Origin: Elusimicrobiota bacterium | Lineage (GTDB): Bacteria > Elusimicrobiota > Elusimicrobia > UBA1565 | DNA: 61,365 nucleotides | Direction of reading: 5' to 3' | Assembly: GCA_043827405.1 (NCBI GenBank) | Contig: JBDRPD010000093.1 | Location: 1 to 61,365, forward strand | Part shown: piece after piece, positions 9,077 through 18,728 of the stretch | How positions within the stretch are numbered: position 1 is the stretch's first letter | How the letters are laid out: the number at the start of each line of letters is the position of its first letter | Position numbers and translations under genes: made by a program | Notes under the pieces: generated by a model | The model's input: the letters and a program-made list of their open reading frames with translations, nothing else | What the model was told of the DNA's origin: nothing | Databases searched by the model: none

Positions 9077-11535
9077 CCCCGCAGCTCCGCGCCGAGCAGC
9101 CGGGCGAGGGCGGCCAGCAGGGTCTCGACGTGCGTCTGGATCTCCTCGTCGCGCAAAGTCCGGTCGGGGTGGGAGAAAGTCAGGCGGATGGTCAGGCTCT
9201 TGCGGCCGGCGGGCACGCCTTCGCCGGTGAACAGGTCGATAAGGACGATGCGGCCGAGCCCGGCGCCGCCGTGGTCGCGCAGCGCTTGCTCCACCCGGGC
9301 GTACTCGACCCCGGCGTCGACCAGAATGGAGATGTCGCGTGAGGATGAGGGAAAAGCGGAGAACGGCTTGAACTTCATGGCCGGCGCGGCGGCGGGTTCC
9401 CGGGCTGCGGCCGCCGCCTTCTTGACGGCGTTCGCATCGAGCGGGGCGGCGGCTGCGGGAAGGTCGGCCATGGCGTCAAGTTCCAGCTCGAAAGCCGCGA
9501 CCGCTCGTCCCTCGAGATCCCAGTTTTTCAGCAGGGTCGGATGCAGCAGGCCGAAGCGCCCGACTCGCCGCTCGCCGCGGAAAATGTCGAGGCAGGCTTT
9601 CGGGTGATGGATGCCGTTCTCGCTGTCCGGCGCGCGGAGCCCGGCGCCGCTGCCGGCGAGCAGCGCCGCGACGACGCCTTTGACTTCGAAGAAGTCGGGT
9701 TCGGTCCGGGTTGAAGCCCAATGGGCTGTCGAGGTCGCCGGTCCGGCCAGGATGCCGGCCAGGTGCGTGCGCTCCGCGACGGTTCCGTCTTCTTGGCGGT
9801 AGACGCGGCCGAGCTCAAAGAGGCGCAGCCCATCGGCGCCGCGGTTGAAGTTCAGGGCGGCGCTGCGCAGCAGGCCGGGCAGCAAGGCGCCGCGCAGGTA
9901 CTGCCAATCCTGGGAAATGGGGTTGCGCAGCCGGGGGCGGTCTTCCGCCGCGCCGCCGCCGCGCCGCAGCTCAGCGGCGGAAAGAAAATCGTAGCAGTAG
10001 GCCTCATAGAAGCCCAGGCCGACCAGAAGTTCGCGGCGGGAGTCCGCGAGCGCGGACAGCGGCAGGGACTCCAGCTTGGGCAGCCGGACGGGACCCGCAT
10101 CGTTGGGGACGGCGCCGTAGCCGAGGTGGCGGCCGATCTCCTCGGCCAGGTCCCAGGCGGTCTCCAGGTCCAGGCGGTGGGACGGAGGGTAGACGGTGAG
10201 GGTCTCGCCGTTATCGGCCATGTCCTCGCTTAGGGCTTTAAGCACCGCGGTGATCCGCTCCGGCGGATAGTCGGCGCCGAGAATAGCGTTGATGCGCGCG
10301 GCCGAGATTTCGATCCCGGCGGGCGCCGGCGGCGCGGGCCGGGTGTCCGCAACAGCGCCGGCGCGTCCTCCAGCGAGCTCGATGATAAGCGCCGCTGCCC
10401 GTTCGGCCGCCGCGGGGATGCCGGCGATATCGGTGCCGCGCTCGAAGCGGTAGGAGGAATCGGTGCGCAGGTTCAGCCGTTTGGCGCCGCGGCGGATCCG
10501 GCCGGGATGAAAGTGCGCGCATTCGATGAAGATTCGAGTTGTCCCGGCCGTGACGCTGGTTTCCTCGCCGCCGATAATTCCGGCGACCGCCACCGGGCGC
10601 GAGGCGTCGGCGATGACGAGGTCGGAGGGCGTTAGCGCATGCTCCAGGCCGTCGAGCGCCAGAATCTTCTCATCCGGGCGCGCGTCGCGCACCCGGATGC
10701 GGGCGCCGTCGATCTTGTCGGCGTCAAAGGCATGCAGCGGCTGTCCCGTCTCCAGGAGGACGTAGTTGGTAACGTCGACGATATTATTGATCGGCCGCAG
10801 GCCCACGGCGCGCAGCCGTTCAGCGAGCCAGGGCGGCGACGGGGCGACGCGGATGCCTTCGATAATCCGGCCGTGGTAGCGCGCGCACTGGGCGGCGTCG
10901 TCTATGGTGATCGGAAACGACGCGCCGCCGCCCTCCGGCAGGCCGCCCTTGGGGGGGAGCGGCGGCGTGACGGCGAGGTTGAAATGCACGGCGAGCTCCC
11001 GGGCCAGGCCGATATGGGACAGGCAGTCGGGGCGATTGGGCGTGATGTCCACGTCAAGGACGGCGTCGGGCTCGCCCAGCGCCTGCGCGAAATCCGCGCC
11101 GAGCTCGCTGTCCGGCGGCAGGACAAGGATGCCGCTGTCGGCGCCGTCTTTTTCCGGCAGGTTGAGCTCCTTGGACGAGCAGATCATGCCGTGCGAGACC
11201 GCGCCGCGAATTTTGGACTTCTTGATCTTGAGGTCGCCGGCGAGACGAGCGCCGATCTTGGCGAAGGGGATGCGCTGTCCCTCCGCCACGTTGGGCGCGC
11301 CGCAAACGACGGAAAATGTCTCCTCTCCGTCCGAGACCTGGCACACCTTCAGGCGGTCGGCGTCGGGATGCTTCTCGACCTTGAGGACTTCGCCGACCAC
11401 GACGCCCTTGAAGTCCGGGCCGAGATGTGCGATCTCGGCGACCTCGAAGCCGATCTTCAGGAGATGGCGGGCGAGCTCATCGGCCGGCATCTCGAGCGGG
11501 ATGCGCTCCTTGAGCCAGTTGTAGGAAATCTTCAT
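9073..11535 (-). CDS. pheT: Phenylalanine--tRNA ligase beta subunit
   Basis: MKISYNWLKE, HPDADRL, VVCGAPN, ITPNRPDCLS, NNIVDVTNYV, RFERG, C-terminal FDX-ACB domain (FPSSSRDISI). Confidence 0.98.
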   Translation of the reverse strand: MKISYNWLKERIPLEMPADELARHLLKIGFEVAEIAHLGPDFKGVVVGEVLKVEKHPDADRLKVCQVSDGEETFSVVCGAPNVAEGQRIPFAKIGARLAGDLKIKKSKIRGAVSHGMICSSKELNLPEKDGADSGILVLPPDSELGADFAQALGEPDAVLDVDITPNRPDCLSHIGLARELAVHFNLAVTPPLPPKGGLPEGGGASFPITIDDAAQCARYHGRIIEGIRVAPSPPWLAERLRAVGLRPINNIVDVTNYVLLETGQPLHAFDADKIDGARIRVRDARPDEKILALDGLEHALTPSDLVIADASRPVAVAGIIGGEETSVTAGTTRIFIECAHFHPGRIRRGAKRLNLRTDSSYRFERGTDIAGIPAAAERAAALIIELAGGRAGAVADTRPAPPAPAGIEISAARINAILGADYPPERITAVLKALSEDMADNGETLTVYPPSHRLDLETAWDLAEEIGRHLGYGAVPNDAGPVRLPKLESLPLSALADSRRELLVGLGFYEAYCYDFLSAAELRRGGGAAEDRPRLRNPISQDWQYLRGALLPGLLRSAALNFNRGADGLRLFELGRVYRQEDGTVAERTHLAGILAGPATSTAHWASTRTEPDFFEVKGVVAALLAGSGAGLRAPDSENGIHHPKACLDIFRGERRVGRFGLLHPTLLKNWDLEGRAVAAFELELDAMADLPAAAAPLDANAVKKAAAAAREPAAAPAMKFKPFSAFPSSSRDISILVDAGVEYARVEQALRDHGGAGLGRIVLIDLFTGEGVPAGRKSLTIRLTFSHPDRTLRDEEIQTHVETLLAALARLLGAELRG

Positions 11536-12593
11536 CCGAACTGCTCCAGAAAGCGGACGTCGTTCTCATAGAACATGCGGATGTCCGGGATGCCGAGGCG
11601 CAGCATCGCCGGGCGCTCCACGCCCACGCCGAACGCGAATCCCGAGTATGTTTCCGGATCGAGGCCGACGCCGGAGAGGACCTTCGGGTTGACGAGGCCG
11701 GCGCCGAGCATCTCCATCCAGCCTTCCTGCTTGCAGGCCGAGCAGCCGGTGCCCGCGCACAGCAGGCAGAGTACGTCGACTTCAACCGAGGGCTCGGTAA
11801 AGGGGAAGTAGGACGGCCGCAGGCGTGATTTGGTTCGCGGTCCGAACAGGTTCTTGACGAAGGTGTCGAGGGTCCCCTTCAGGTCCGCCATGGTTACGTT
11901 CTGATCGACGTAGAGCCCTTCGATCTGATGGAAGACGGCCGAGTGGCTGGCGTCGACCGCCTCGTGACGGAAGACCCGGCCGGGCGCCATGATGCGGACA
12001 GGGGGGCGGTGCTTTTCCAGGTAGCGGATCTGCACCGGGCTGGTGTGGGTGCGCATCAGCAGCGGCGTCTCGCCCGCTTCCCGTTCCAGATAAAAAGTGT
12101 CCTGCATGTCCCGCGCGGAATGATCGGCGGGGATATTCAGGGCTTCGAAGTTGTAGTACTCGGTCTCAACCAGCGGGCCGTCGGCGAGGGTGAAGCCCAT
12201 GCGGGCGAGGATGTCCGTCATTTCCCGGAGGGTGCGGGTAAGCGGATGGACGCGGCCGCGCGCAAACGGGCGGGCGGGGAGCGTCAGATCGATGCGGGTG
12301 TCGGCGATGCGGCTTTCGGTCGCGGCGCGCTCGAGCTCGGAGCGGCGCAGCTCAAGGGCTTCCTGCAGCGCGTTTTTGAGCTTGTTGGCTTCGGGTCCGC
12401 GGCGGCGGCGTTCGTCGAGCGGCAGGTCCTTGAGCCCCTTGAGGAGCAGGGTCAGCGCACCCTTGCGTCCGAGCTGCTCAAGGCGAACAGCCTCCAGTTG
12501 ATCGAGGGAGCCGGCGGCGGATACGGCGTCAAGGGCGGAGCCGGAAACGCTCCGCCATCTCTGCTCCCAGTCGTCGCCAGATAAATGCGCCAT
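11532..12593 (-). CDS. pheS: Phenylalanine--tRNA ligase alpha subunit
   Basis: HSARDMQDTFY, LMRTHTSPVQIR, FHQIEGL, YFPFTEPS, GFAFGVGVER. Confidence 0.98.
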   Translation of the reverse strand: MAHLSGDDWEQRWRSVSGSALDAVSAAGSLDQLEAVRLEQLGRKGALTLLLKGLKDLPLDERRRRGPEANKLKNALQEALELRRSELERAATESRIADTRIDLTLPARPFARGRVHPLTRTLREMTDILARMGFTLADGPLVETEYYNFEALNIPADHSARDMQDTFYLEREAGETPLLMRTHTSPVQIRYLEKHRPPVRIMAPGRVFRHEAVDASHSAVFHQIEGLYVDQNVTMADLKGTLDTFVKNLFGPRTKSRLRPSYFPFTEPSVEVDVLCLLCAGTGCSACKQEGWMEMLGAGLVNPKVLSGVGLDPETYSGFAFGVGVERPAMLRLGIPDIRMFYENDVRFLEQFG

Positions 12594-12627
12594 GGAACCC
12601 GTTGGTGACGGCGCCGTCCTGCGCGGG

Positions 12628-12975
12628 TTAGGCCGGCTTGACGATCGAGACGATCTTCTTGAAAGAGCCGGTGTCCCGCAGGGCGATCTCCGCCAGCATC
12701 TTTCGGTTTAGGCGGAGGTCGGCTTTCTTCAGTCCGGCGATGAGCTTGCTGTAGGTCAGGCCTTCCTCGCGGCAGGCGGCGTTGAGCCGGCTGATCCAAA
12801 GCCTGCGGAAATTCCCCTTCCTGTCCTTGCGCCCGGTATAGGCGCGGTCAAGGGATTTTTCCACATGCTGGAGCACCTGCCGGTACTTCTTGCTCTTGCC
12901 GGCATAGGCGCCCTTCGCCAGTTTAAAGTACTTCTTCTTGCGCGTTCTTCTGGTGGTTGCGGCTTTAATTCTCAT
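12628..12975 (-). CDS. rplT: 50S ribosomal protein L20
   Basis: RKDRKGNFRRLWISRLNAA, LNRKMLAEIA; follows rpmI. Confidence 0.97.
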   Translation of the reverse strand: MRIKAATTRRTRKKKYFKLAKGAYAGKSKKYRQVLQHVEKSLDRAYTGRKDRKGNFRRLWISRLNAACREEGLTYSKLIAGLKKADLRLNRKMLAEIALRDTGSFKKIVSIVKPA

Positions 12976-12978
12976 GAT

Positions 12979-13179
12979 TTAACCGTAAGGTAAATAGCGG
13001 CGGGAAACCGTAGCGGTATCAGTAGCATTGAGCAGGCCAGCCTTCCGCAGTCGTCGGATGCGCTTGGTCTTTGCCGGCGTCAGCAGATGACGCTTGCCTT
13101 GCTTCTTGTACTTCACTTTACCGGACGGGAGCTTATTGAAGCGCTTTTTCGCGCCGCTGTGGGTTTTAAGTTTCGGCAT
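12979..13179 (-). CDS. rpmI: 50S ribosomal protein L35
   Basis: MPKLKTHSGAKKRF, GKRHLL; SD AAGGAG upstream. Confidence 0.97.
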   Translation of the reverse strand: MPKLKTHSGAKKRFNKLPSGKVKYKKQGKRHLLTPAKTKRIRRLRKAGLLNATDTATVSRRYLPYG

Positions 13180-13203
13180 AAAATGTCTCCTTCTCTCCTG
13201 CCG

Positions 13204-13755
13204 CTAGCGTTTCGGCGCCAGCGTCATCGACATGCGGTTGCGGTCCTTCGCCGGCCGCGACTCGATAATCGCGAGTTCGGCGAGGTGTTCGGCGACGGAC
13301 TCGAGCAGCTTGAGCCCGATGTCCACATGCTTGTTCTGCCGGCCGCGGAACAATACCGTGAACCGCACTTTGTCGTTATCCTTCAAAAATCCTTTTGCGT
13401 GCCTGAGCTTGACCTCGAGGTCGTGCATCCCGATCGTCGGGCCGAAGCGCACCTCTTTGAGGGAGCCCGCCTTCTGATGCTTGCGCGATTCACGGGCTTT
13501 CTTATCCTGCTCGTACTTGAACTTCGAGTAGGCCAAAATCTTGCAGACGGGAGGCTTTCCGTTCGGGGCGACCTCCACCAGGTCCAGGCTTTTCGCGCTC
13601 GCCAGCTTCAGCGCTTCCGCGAGCGGCTTGATCCCCAGCTGATTGCCGTCGGAATCGATCAGGCGAACCTGCGCGGCGCGAATATCGTTATTGATCCGGT
13701 TTTTGTTCTTGGCCGGAGTCTGGAAAAGCTTCTTCCCTCTTTTAGGATATGGCAT
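13204..13755 (-). CDS. infC: Translation initiation factor IF-3
   Basis: RINNDIRAAQVRLID, LDLVEVAP, PPVCKI, KEVRF, FRGR. The exact start codon is uncertain. Confidence 0.96.
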   Translation of the reverse strand: MPYPKRGKKLFQTPAKNKNRINNDIRAAQVRLIDSDGNQLGIKPLAEALKLASAKSLDLVEVAPNGKPPVCKILAYSKFKYEQDKKARESRKHQKAGSLKEVRFGPTIGMHDLEVKLRHAKGFLKDNDKVRFTVLFRGRQNKHVDIGLKLLESVAEHLAELAIIESRPAKDRNRMSMTLAPKR

Positions 13756-13765
13756 ACAGTCAGAT

Positions 13766-13794
13766 AATATATTAATTTACGTCGAAAACGTCAA
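13766..13794 (-). promoter_or_regulatory. sigma70 promoter of infC operon
   Basis: TTGACG(13789-13794)-17bp-TATATT(13766-13771), 10 nt before ATG. Confidence 0.7.
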
Positions 13795-13807
13795 CAATTA
13801 ACGGAGT

Positions 13808-15361
13808 TCAGACGCCGGCGCGCTTTTTGCCCCGGCGTTCGAGGCCCAGCAGCTCAAGGACCTTGCTGATGAAGACGTCTTTGGAAAAGGGCTTCAAAAT
13901 AAAGGCCCGGGCGCCCTTTTCCACCGCGCTTTTGGCCGCCTCTTGATGGCCGCTGACGATAAGCACGGTGGCCTGCCGGTCCTCAGGCATCCGCTGCATG
14001 CGCTCCATGACATCAAAGCCGCTCATGCCCGGCATCATAAGATCGAGGATCAGCAGGTCGTAAGGCGTCTGCGACAGGAGCTCGAGGGCGTGCTTGCCCT
14101 GGTCGGTTGTGGTGAGAATGAGATTGTCCGAGAAATTCGCCAGAAACAGGCGGATGATCTCGATGATGTCCTCGTTATCTTCGCAGATGAGAACTTTCTT
14201 TTTGTCGATCCGGCGCTGCTGCTCGACGATGACCTGGGAGGCGCTCGCCGCCGACAGCGGCAGGGCGACGTAAGCCGTGGTGCCGCTGCCGACGCCCTCC
14301 GATTCGAGCCACACGCGCCCCCCGTGGAGCTCGACGGTCTGCCGGGCGAGGGCGAGCCCGAGACCCAGCCCGGAAACCTCGCGCGTAAGATCGGTGTCCG
14401 TGTGATAGAAGCCTTCGAACAGGCGCGGCAGCGATTCCGGAGGTATGCCGCGGCCTTCATCGACGATCTTGACCCAGGCCTCCTTGCCGCCGTGGACTTC
14501 CAGCGCGACCTGAATGCGGCTGTCTTCGGGGCTGAACTTCACGGCGTTGCTCAGCAGGTTCAGGAATACCTCTTTGAGCTGCGCTGCGTCGGCGAGGATC
14601 CAGATCGGCTCAGCGGGGAGGCGGCGTTCGATCGCCGCGCCGTGCCGGTGGTCCCCCTCGATTACGCCGGACAGCACTTCGTTGATAAAGGCGCCGAGAT
14701 CGGTCGGGTGCAGAACGGCCTGCTGGTGTCCCTGCGAGGCGTCCTTGAAGGCCAGCAGGCGGTTGAGCATCTCCAGCAGCTTGGTTCCCCGACGGCCGAT
14801 CGCTTCCACGGCGCTCTTCTGCGGCGGATTGATCTCGCCGAGATCGCCGTCTTCCAGGGATTTCGCGTAGCCAAGGATAACGGCCAGGGGGGTGCGCAGC
14901 TCATGGCTTACGCTGGCGATGAACTCGTCCTTCATCCGGTTGACCTGGCGCAGTTCGGCGTTTTCTCCCTGCAGCGCCTGCATCTCCATCGCTCGGCGCA
15001 TGAGCCGGTCGAAGTCGATGGCGTTAAGGTCGGAGCGCACGAGGTGGTCGATGGCGCCGCGGCGGATGGCGTCGACCGCTATCTTTTCGTTGCCTTTGTT
15101 CGCCGTCATGATGACGGCGACCTTGGGGTGCCGCTGGCGGATTTGCTCGAGCAGCTTGATCCCGTCCATGTCCGGCAGGTGGAAATCGAGGAAGGCGGCG
15201 TCGAACATCGACTCGCGCAGGGCGGCCAGCGCCGAATCGGCGTCGTAGGCGGAGGCCGGGCGAATCTCCCAGGCGGAGACCTCGGCGAAGCGGCGCCTGA
15301 GAAGCTCGTGGTCTTCCTTATCGCTGTCGATGATGAGAACGCGAAGTCGGGGCTGCGGCAT
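13808..15361 (-). CDS. Hybrid cytoplasmic histidine kinase (REC-HisKA-HATPase-REC)
   Basis: N-terminal receiver (LDFHLPDMDG), H-box SVSHELRTPL, N-box NLLSNAVKFS, DEGRGI, GLGLGL, C-terminal receiver (LDLMMPGMSG...KPF). ATG at 15361 chosen because TACAAT lies 6 nt upstream. Confidence 0.92.
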   Translation of the reverse strand: MPQPRLRVLIIDSDKEDHELLRRRFAEVSAWEIRPASAYDADSALAALRESMFDAAFLDFHLPDMDGIKLLEQIRQRHPKVAVIMTANKGNEKIAVDAIRRGAIDHLVRSDLNAIDFDRLMRRAMEMQALQGENAELRQVNRMKDEFIASVSHELRTPLAVILGYAKSLEDGDLGEINPPQKSAVEAIGRRGTKLLEMLNRLLAFKDASQGHQQAVLHPTDLGAFINEVLSGVIEGDHRHGAAIERRLPAEPIWILADAAQLKEVFLNLLSNAVKFSPEDSRIQVALEVHGGKEAWVKIVDEGRGIPPESLPRLFEGFYHTDTDLTREVSGLGLGLALARQTVELHGGRVWLESEGVGSGTTAYVALPLSAASASQVIVEQQRRIDKKKVLICEDNEDIIEIIRLFLANFSDNLILTTTDQGKHALELLSQTPYDLLILDLMMPGMSGFDVMERMQRMPEDRQATVLIVSGHQEAAKSAVEKGARAFILKPFSKDVFISKVLELLGLERRGKKRAGV

Positions 15362-15400
15362 CGCGGGATTGTACACTTTGGGGCGTCCGGGGGCAACGCG

Positions 15401-15429
15401 TTGCTTTCAAACCCAGATTTAGTTATCCT
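15401..15429 (+). promoter_or_regulatory. Putative sigma70 promoter of hpt-ftsH operon
   Basis: TTGCTT(15401-15406)-17bp-TATCCT(15424-15429). Confidence 0.5.
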
Positions 15430-15469
15430 ATGAAAGTCGACGGATTCCCTCTTGCTGTCTCCCTAGAAT

Positions 15470-16039
15470 ATGACGAAATCAGAAGCCAGGCATAGCGATA
15501 TTAAGCATGTTTTGTTCGAGGCCGAGCCGATTCAGCGGCGCGTATGCGAGCTGGGGGAGCAGATCTCACGGGACTATAAAGGCAAGGATCTGGTTCTGGT
15601 GGGCATCCTGAAGGGCTGCGTCCCCTTCCTTTCGGATTTGATGCGCCGGATCGATTTGGATTTCGCCGTCGATTTCATGTCCGCCTGCTCCTATGAGGGA
15701 GAATCGACCACGGGCGTCGTCCGGCTGCTGCTGGACCTGCGGCGAAGCGTGCAGGACAAAGACGTGCTCATCATTGAGGATATCGTGGATACCGGGCTGA
15801 CGCTGAAGTACCTGCAGGAAAATCTGCGCACGCGCACCCCCCGGTCGTTGGAGATTTGCACCATGCTGGACAAACCGGATTGCCGCATGGTGCCGGCGCG
15901 GCCGAAGTACGTCGGCTTCGAGATCCCGAACGAGTTCGTCGTGGGCTACGGTCTCGATTACTACGAAATTTACCGCAACCTGCCCTATATCGGCGTGCTG
16001 AAGGATGAAGCGATCGCCAGGAGAAAGACCGCCGCATGA
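15470..16039 (+). CDS. hpt: Hypoxanthine phosphoribosyltransferase
   Basis: LVGILKG, VLIIEDIVDTGLTL, FVVGYGLDY, YRNLPYIG. Confidence 0.97.
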   Translation: MTKSEARHSDIKHVLFEAEPIQRRVCELGEQISRDYKGKDLVLVGILKGCVPFLSDLMRRIDLDFAVDFMSACSYEGESTTGVVRLLLDLRRSVQDKDVLIIEDIVDTGLTLKYLQENLRTRTPRSLEICTMLDKPDCRMVPARPKYVGFEIPNEFVVGYGLDYYEIYRNLPYIGVLKDEAIARRKTAA

Positions 16040-17853
16040 ACCCCGGCAAAAAGAACATCAAGCAGCTGATCGTATGGATGGCGGCGTTTATGCTCCTCCT
16101 GGTCCTCTTTCAGAACCTGAAGGTGGTGCAGGAAGAAGCGGAAGTCCCCTATTCCACATTTAAGGAGCAGCTGGCGGCGGGGCGGATCATTGAAGTGACC
16201 ATGCGTCCGGACCTGCTGCGCGGCAAGATGCAGGGCAAAGACGGGAAGACGGAATCCTTCCGCGCCTACCCGCTGCCGGATCCCGATTTGGTCAAGGAGA
16301 TGGGAGCCCAGAAGGTACTGCTCTATAAGGGCGAGCCGGACCGCGGCTGGGTGACGGCCGTGCTGCTCAATATCGGCTGGGTCATTCTATTTTTCGGGCT
16401 GTGGTGGTTTTTCGTTATCCGCCAGGTGCAGATGGGCGGCAAGCAGGCGATGTCGTTCGGCCGCTCGAAAGCGAAGCGGCAGGGCAAGGACGACAAAACG
16501 AAAAAGACCAAGTTCGCCGACGTCGCCGGCTGCGATGAGGCGAAAGAGGAGCTCATGGAGGTCGTGGAGTTCCTCAAGTACCCCGAGAAGTTCCAGAAGC
16601 TGGGGGGCAAGGTTCCCAAGGGGCTGCTGCTCTACGGCCAGCCGGGCACCGGCAAGACCCTGCTGGCCCGCGCCGTCGCCGGCGAGGCGAGCGTCCCGTT
16701 CTTTTCCGCTTCCGGCTCGGAGTTCGTCGAGATGTTCGTCGGCGTAGGCGCCTCGCGCGTGCGCGATCTTTTCGACCAGGCCAAAAAAGCGGCGCCGGCG
16801 GTGGTGTTTATCGATGAGCTGGACGCCGTGGGGCGCGCGCGCTTCGCGGGCATCGGCGGCGGACACGACGAGCGCGAGCAGACGCTCAACCAAATTCTAG
16901 TCGAGCTCGACGGCTTCGAGAACAAGGGGGGGGTGATCCTCATCGCCGCGACCAACCGCCCGGATGTCCTCGACCCGGCGCTGCTGCGCCCCGGCCGCTT
17001 CGACCGCCACGTTAATGTGCCCAATCCTGATCGGCGCGGGCGCGAGGAGATCCTTAAAGTCCACGCCAAAGAAGTCAAGCTCGGCAAGGAGGTCGACCTG
17101 GAGGTTATCGCCAAGCGCACGCCCGGCTTTGTGGGGGCCGATCTGGCGAATATCATCAATGAGTCGGCGCTGTTGGCCGCGCGGCGCGACAAGAAGGAGG
17201 TCTCGATGGAGGAAGTCGAGGAGGCTACCGAGCGGGTGATGGCCGGTCCGCAGCGCAAGAGCCGCCTGATCAGTGATCATGAAAAGCGGGTGGTGGCCTA
17301 TCACGAGAGCGGCCATACCTTGGTCGCCAAGCTGCTGCCGGGGACCGACCCGGTCCATAAGGTGTCCATTATTTCGCGCGGTCCGGCGCTCGGCTATACG
17401 CTGCAGCTGCCCGAAGATGACCGCTACCTGACGACGAAGTCCGAGATTCTCAACCGTCTGACCGTGCTGCTCGGCGGGCGCTGCGCCGAAGAGATAGAGT
17501 TTAACGAGATCACAACCGGCGCGTCCGATGACCTCAATAAGGCGACGGCGTTCGCTACCAAGATGGTCATGGAATTCGGGATGAGCGAGAAGATGGGGCC
17601 GATGACCTACCGCAAGCAGGATGGGGAGGTATTCCTCGGACGTGATATTTCCCGCGGGCAGGGCTATTCCGAGAATACCGCGAAGGATATTGACGCCGAG
17701 GTCCAGCGCATCCTCGGCGACGCGCTTAAGCGCGCCCGTGCGGTGCTCAAGAAGAATAAGACGGTGCTCGATAAGCTGGCCGCGCGCCTGATCGAAAAGG
17801 AAGTCATCGGAGCTGAAGAGCTGACCCTTATCGTCGCAGGTGCCGCGGCCTGA
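16036..17853 (+). CDS. ftsH: ATP-dependent zinc metalloprotease FtsH
   Basis: Two TM segments, [42 protein letters not shown]. Confidence 0.98.
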   Translation: MNPGKKNIKQLIVWMAAFMLLLVLFQNLKVVQEEAEVPYSTFKEQLAAGRIIEVTMRPDLLRGKMQGKDGKTESFRAYPLPDPDLVKEMGAQKVLLYKGEPDRGWVTAVLLNIGWVILFFGLWWFFVIRQVQMGGKQAMSFGRSKAKRQGKDDKTKKTKFADVAGCDEAKEELMEVVEFLKYPEKFQKLGGKVPKGLLLYGQPGTGKTLLARAVAGEASVPFFSASGSEFVEMFVGVGASRVRDLFDQAKKAAPAVVFIDELDAVGRARFAGIGGGHDEREQTLNQILVELDGFENKGGVILIAATNRPDVLDPALLRPGRFDRHVNVPNPDRRGREEILKVHAKEVKLGKEVDLEVIAKRTPGFVGADLANIINESALLAARRDKKEVSMEEVEEATERVMAGPQRKSRLISDHEKRVVAYHESGHTLVAKLLPGTDPVHKVSIISRGPALGYTLQLPEDDRYLTTKSEILNRLTVLLGGRCAEEIEFNEITTGASDDLNKATAFATKMVMEFGMSEKMGPMTYRKQDGEVFLGRDISRGQGYSENTAKDIDAEVQRILGDALKRARAVLKKNKTVLDKLAARLIEKEVIGAEELTLIVAGAAA

Positions 17854-17861
17854 TATCCCGC

Positions 17862-18728
17862 ATGTCCACTCAGCCGGCGCCCGGCGCGCGCATCGAATCC
17901 CTTCCCGTCCGCGGCGCGCATCGCCCCCTGATCATGGGGATTCTGAACGTTACCGCGGATTCATTTTATGCGGCGAGCCGCCGTGCCGGTCCGGCCGCCG
18001 CCGTCGAGGCGGGACGGCGGATGGCGGAGGAGGGCGCGGATATCATCGACATCGGCGGCGAATCCACCCGCCCCGGCGCGCATCCGGTCACCGCGCAAGA
18101 GGAGCTGCTCCGGGTGCTGCCGGTTATTGAGGCTCTCGCGGCCGCGGTCCGCGTCCCGCTGTCCATCGACACCAGCAAGGCGGCGGTCGCCGAGCGGGCG
18201 CTTGACTCCGGAGCGACCATGCTCAACGATGTCCTCGCGCTGCGCGGCGCCGGCATGCCGGCGGTCGCGGTACGCTACCCCCGCGTCGTACTCATGCATA
18301 TGCTCGGCAGCGGCCCGCAGACGATGCAGGACGCTCCCCGCTATGGTGATGTGGTGGGCGATATCGCCGATTTCTTCACCCAGCGGCTCGCGGCTTTCCG
18401 CGCCTCCGGGGGGGAACCCGAGCGCGTATGGCTCGACCCGGGCATCGGTTTCGGCAAGAACGTCGAGCATAACCTTGAAATCCTGGCGCGGCTGAGCGAG
18501 TTCCGGCGTCTGGGGCGGCCGCTCCTCATCGGCGCGTCGAGAAAATCCTTTATCGGCAAGGTCCTTGGTTCCGCGGACGCGCCCGCGCCCGCGGAGCAGC
18601 GGCTCGCGGGTTCGCTGGCCGCCGCCTGCCGGGCGGCGGAGGCCGGCGCGGCCTGCGTGCGCGTGCACGACGTCGCCGAGACGCGGCACGCGCTGGAGAT
18701 TTGGGCGCGGACCGGGAGCCGCGGATGA
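17862..18728 (+). CDS. folP: Dihydropteroate synthase
   Basis: MGILNVTADSF, DIGGESTRPG, SIDTSK, DPGIGFGK, GASRKSF, RVHDV. Confidence 0.96.
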   Translation: MSTQPAPGARIESLPVRGAHRPLIMGILNVTADSFYAASRRAGPAAAVEAGRRMAEEGADIIDIGGESTRPGAHPVTAQEELLRVLPVIEALAAAVRVPLSIDTSKAAVAERALDSGATMLNDVLALRGAGMPAVAVRYPRVVLMHMLGSGPQTMQDAPRYGDVVGDIADFFTQRLAAFRASGGEPERVWLDPGIGFGKNVEHNLEILARLSEFRRLGRPLLIGASRKSFIGKVLGSADAPAPAEQRLAGSLAAACRAAEAGAACVRVHDVAETRHALEIWARTGSRG

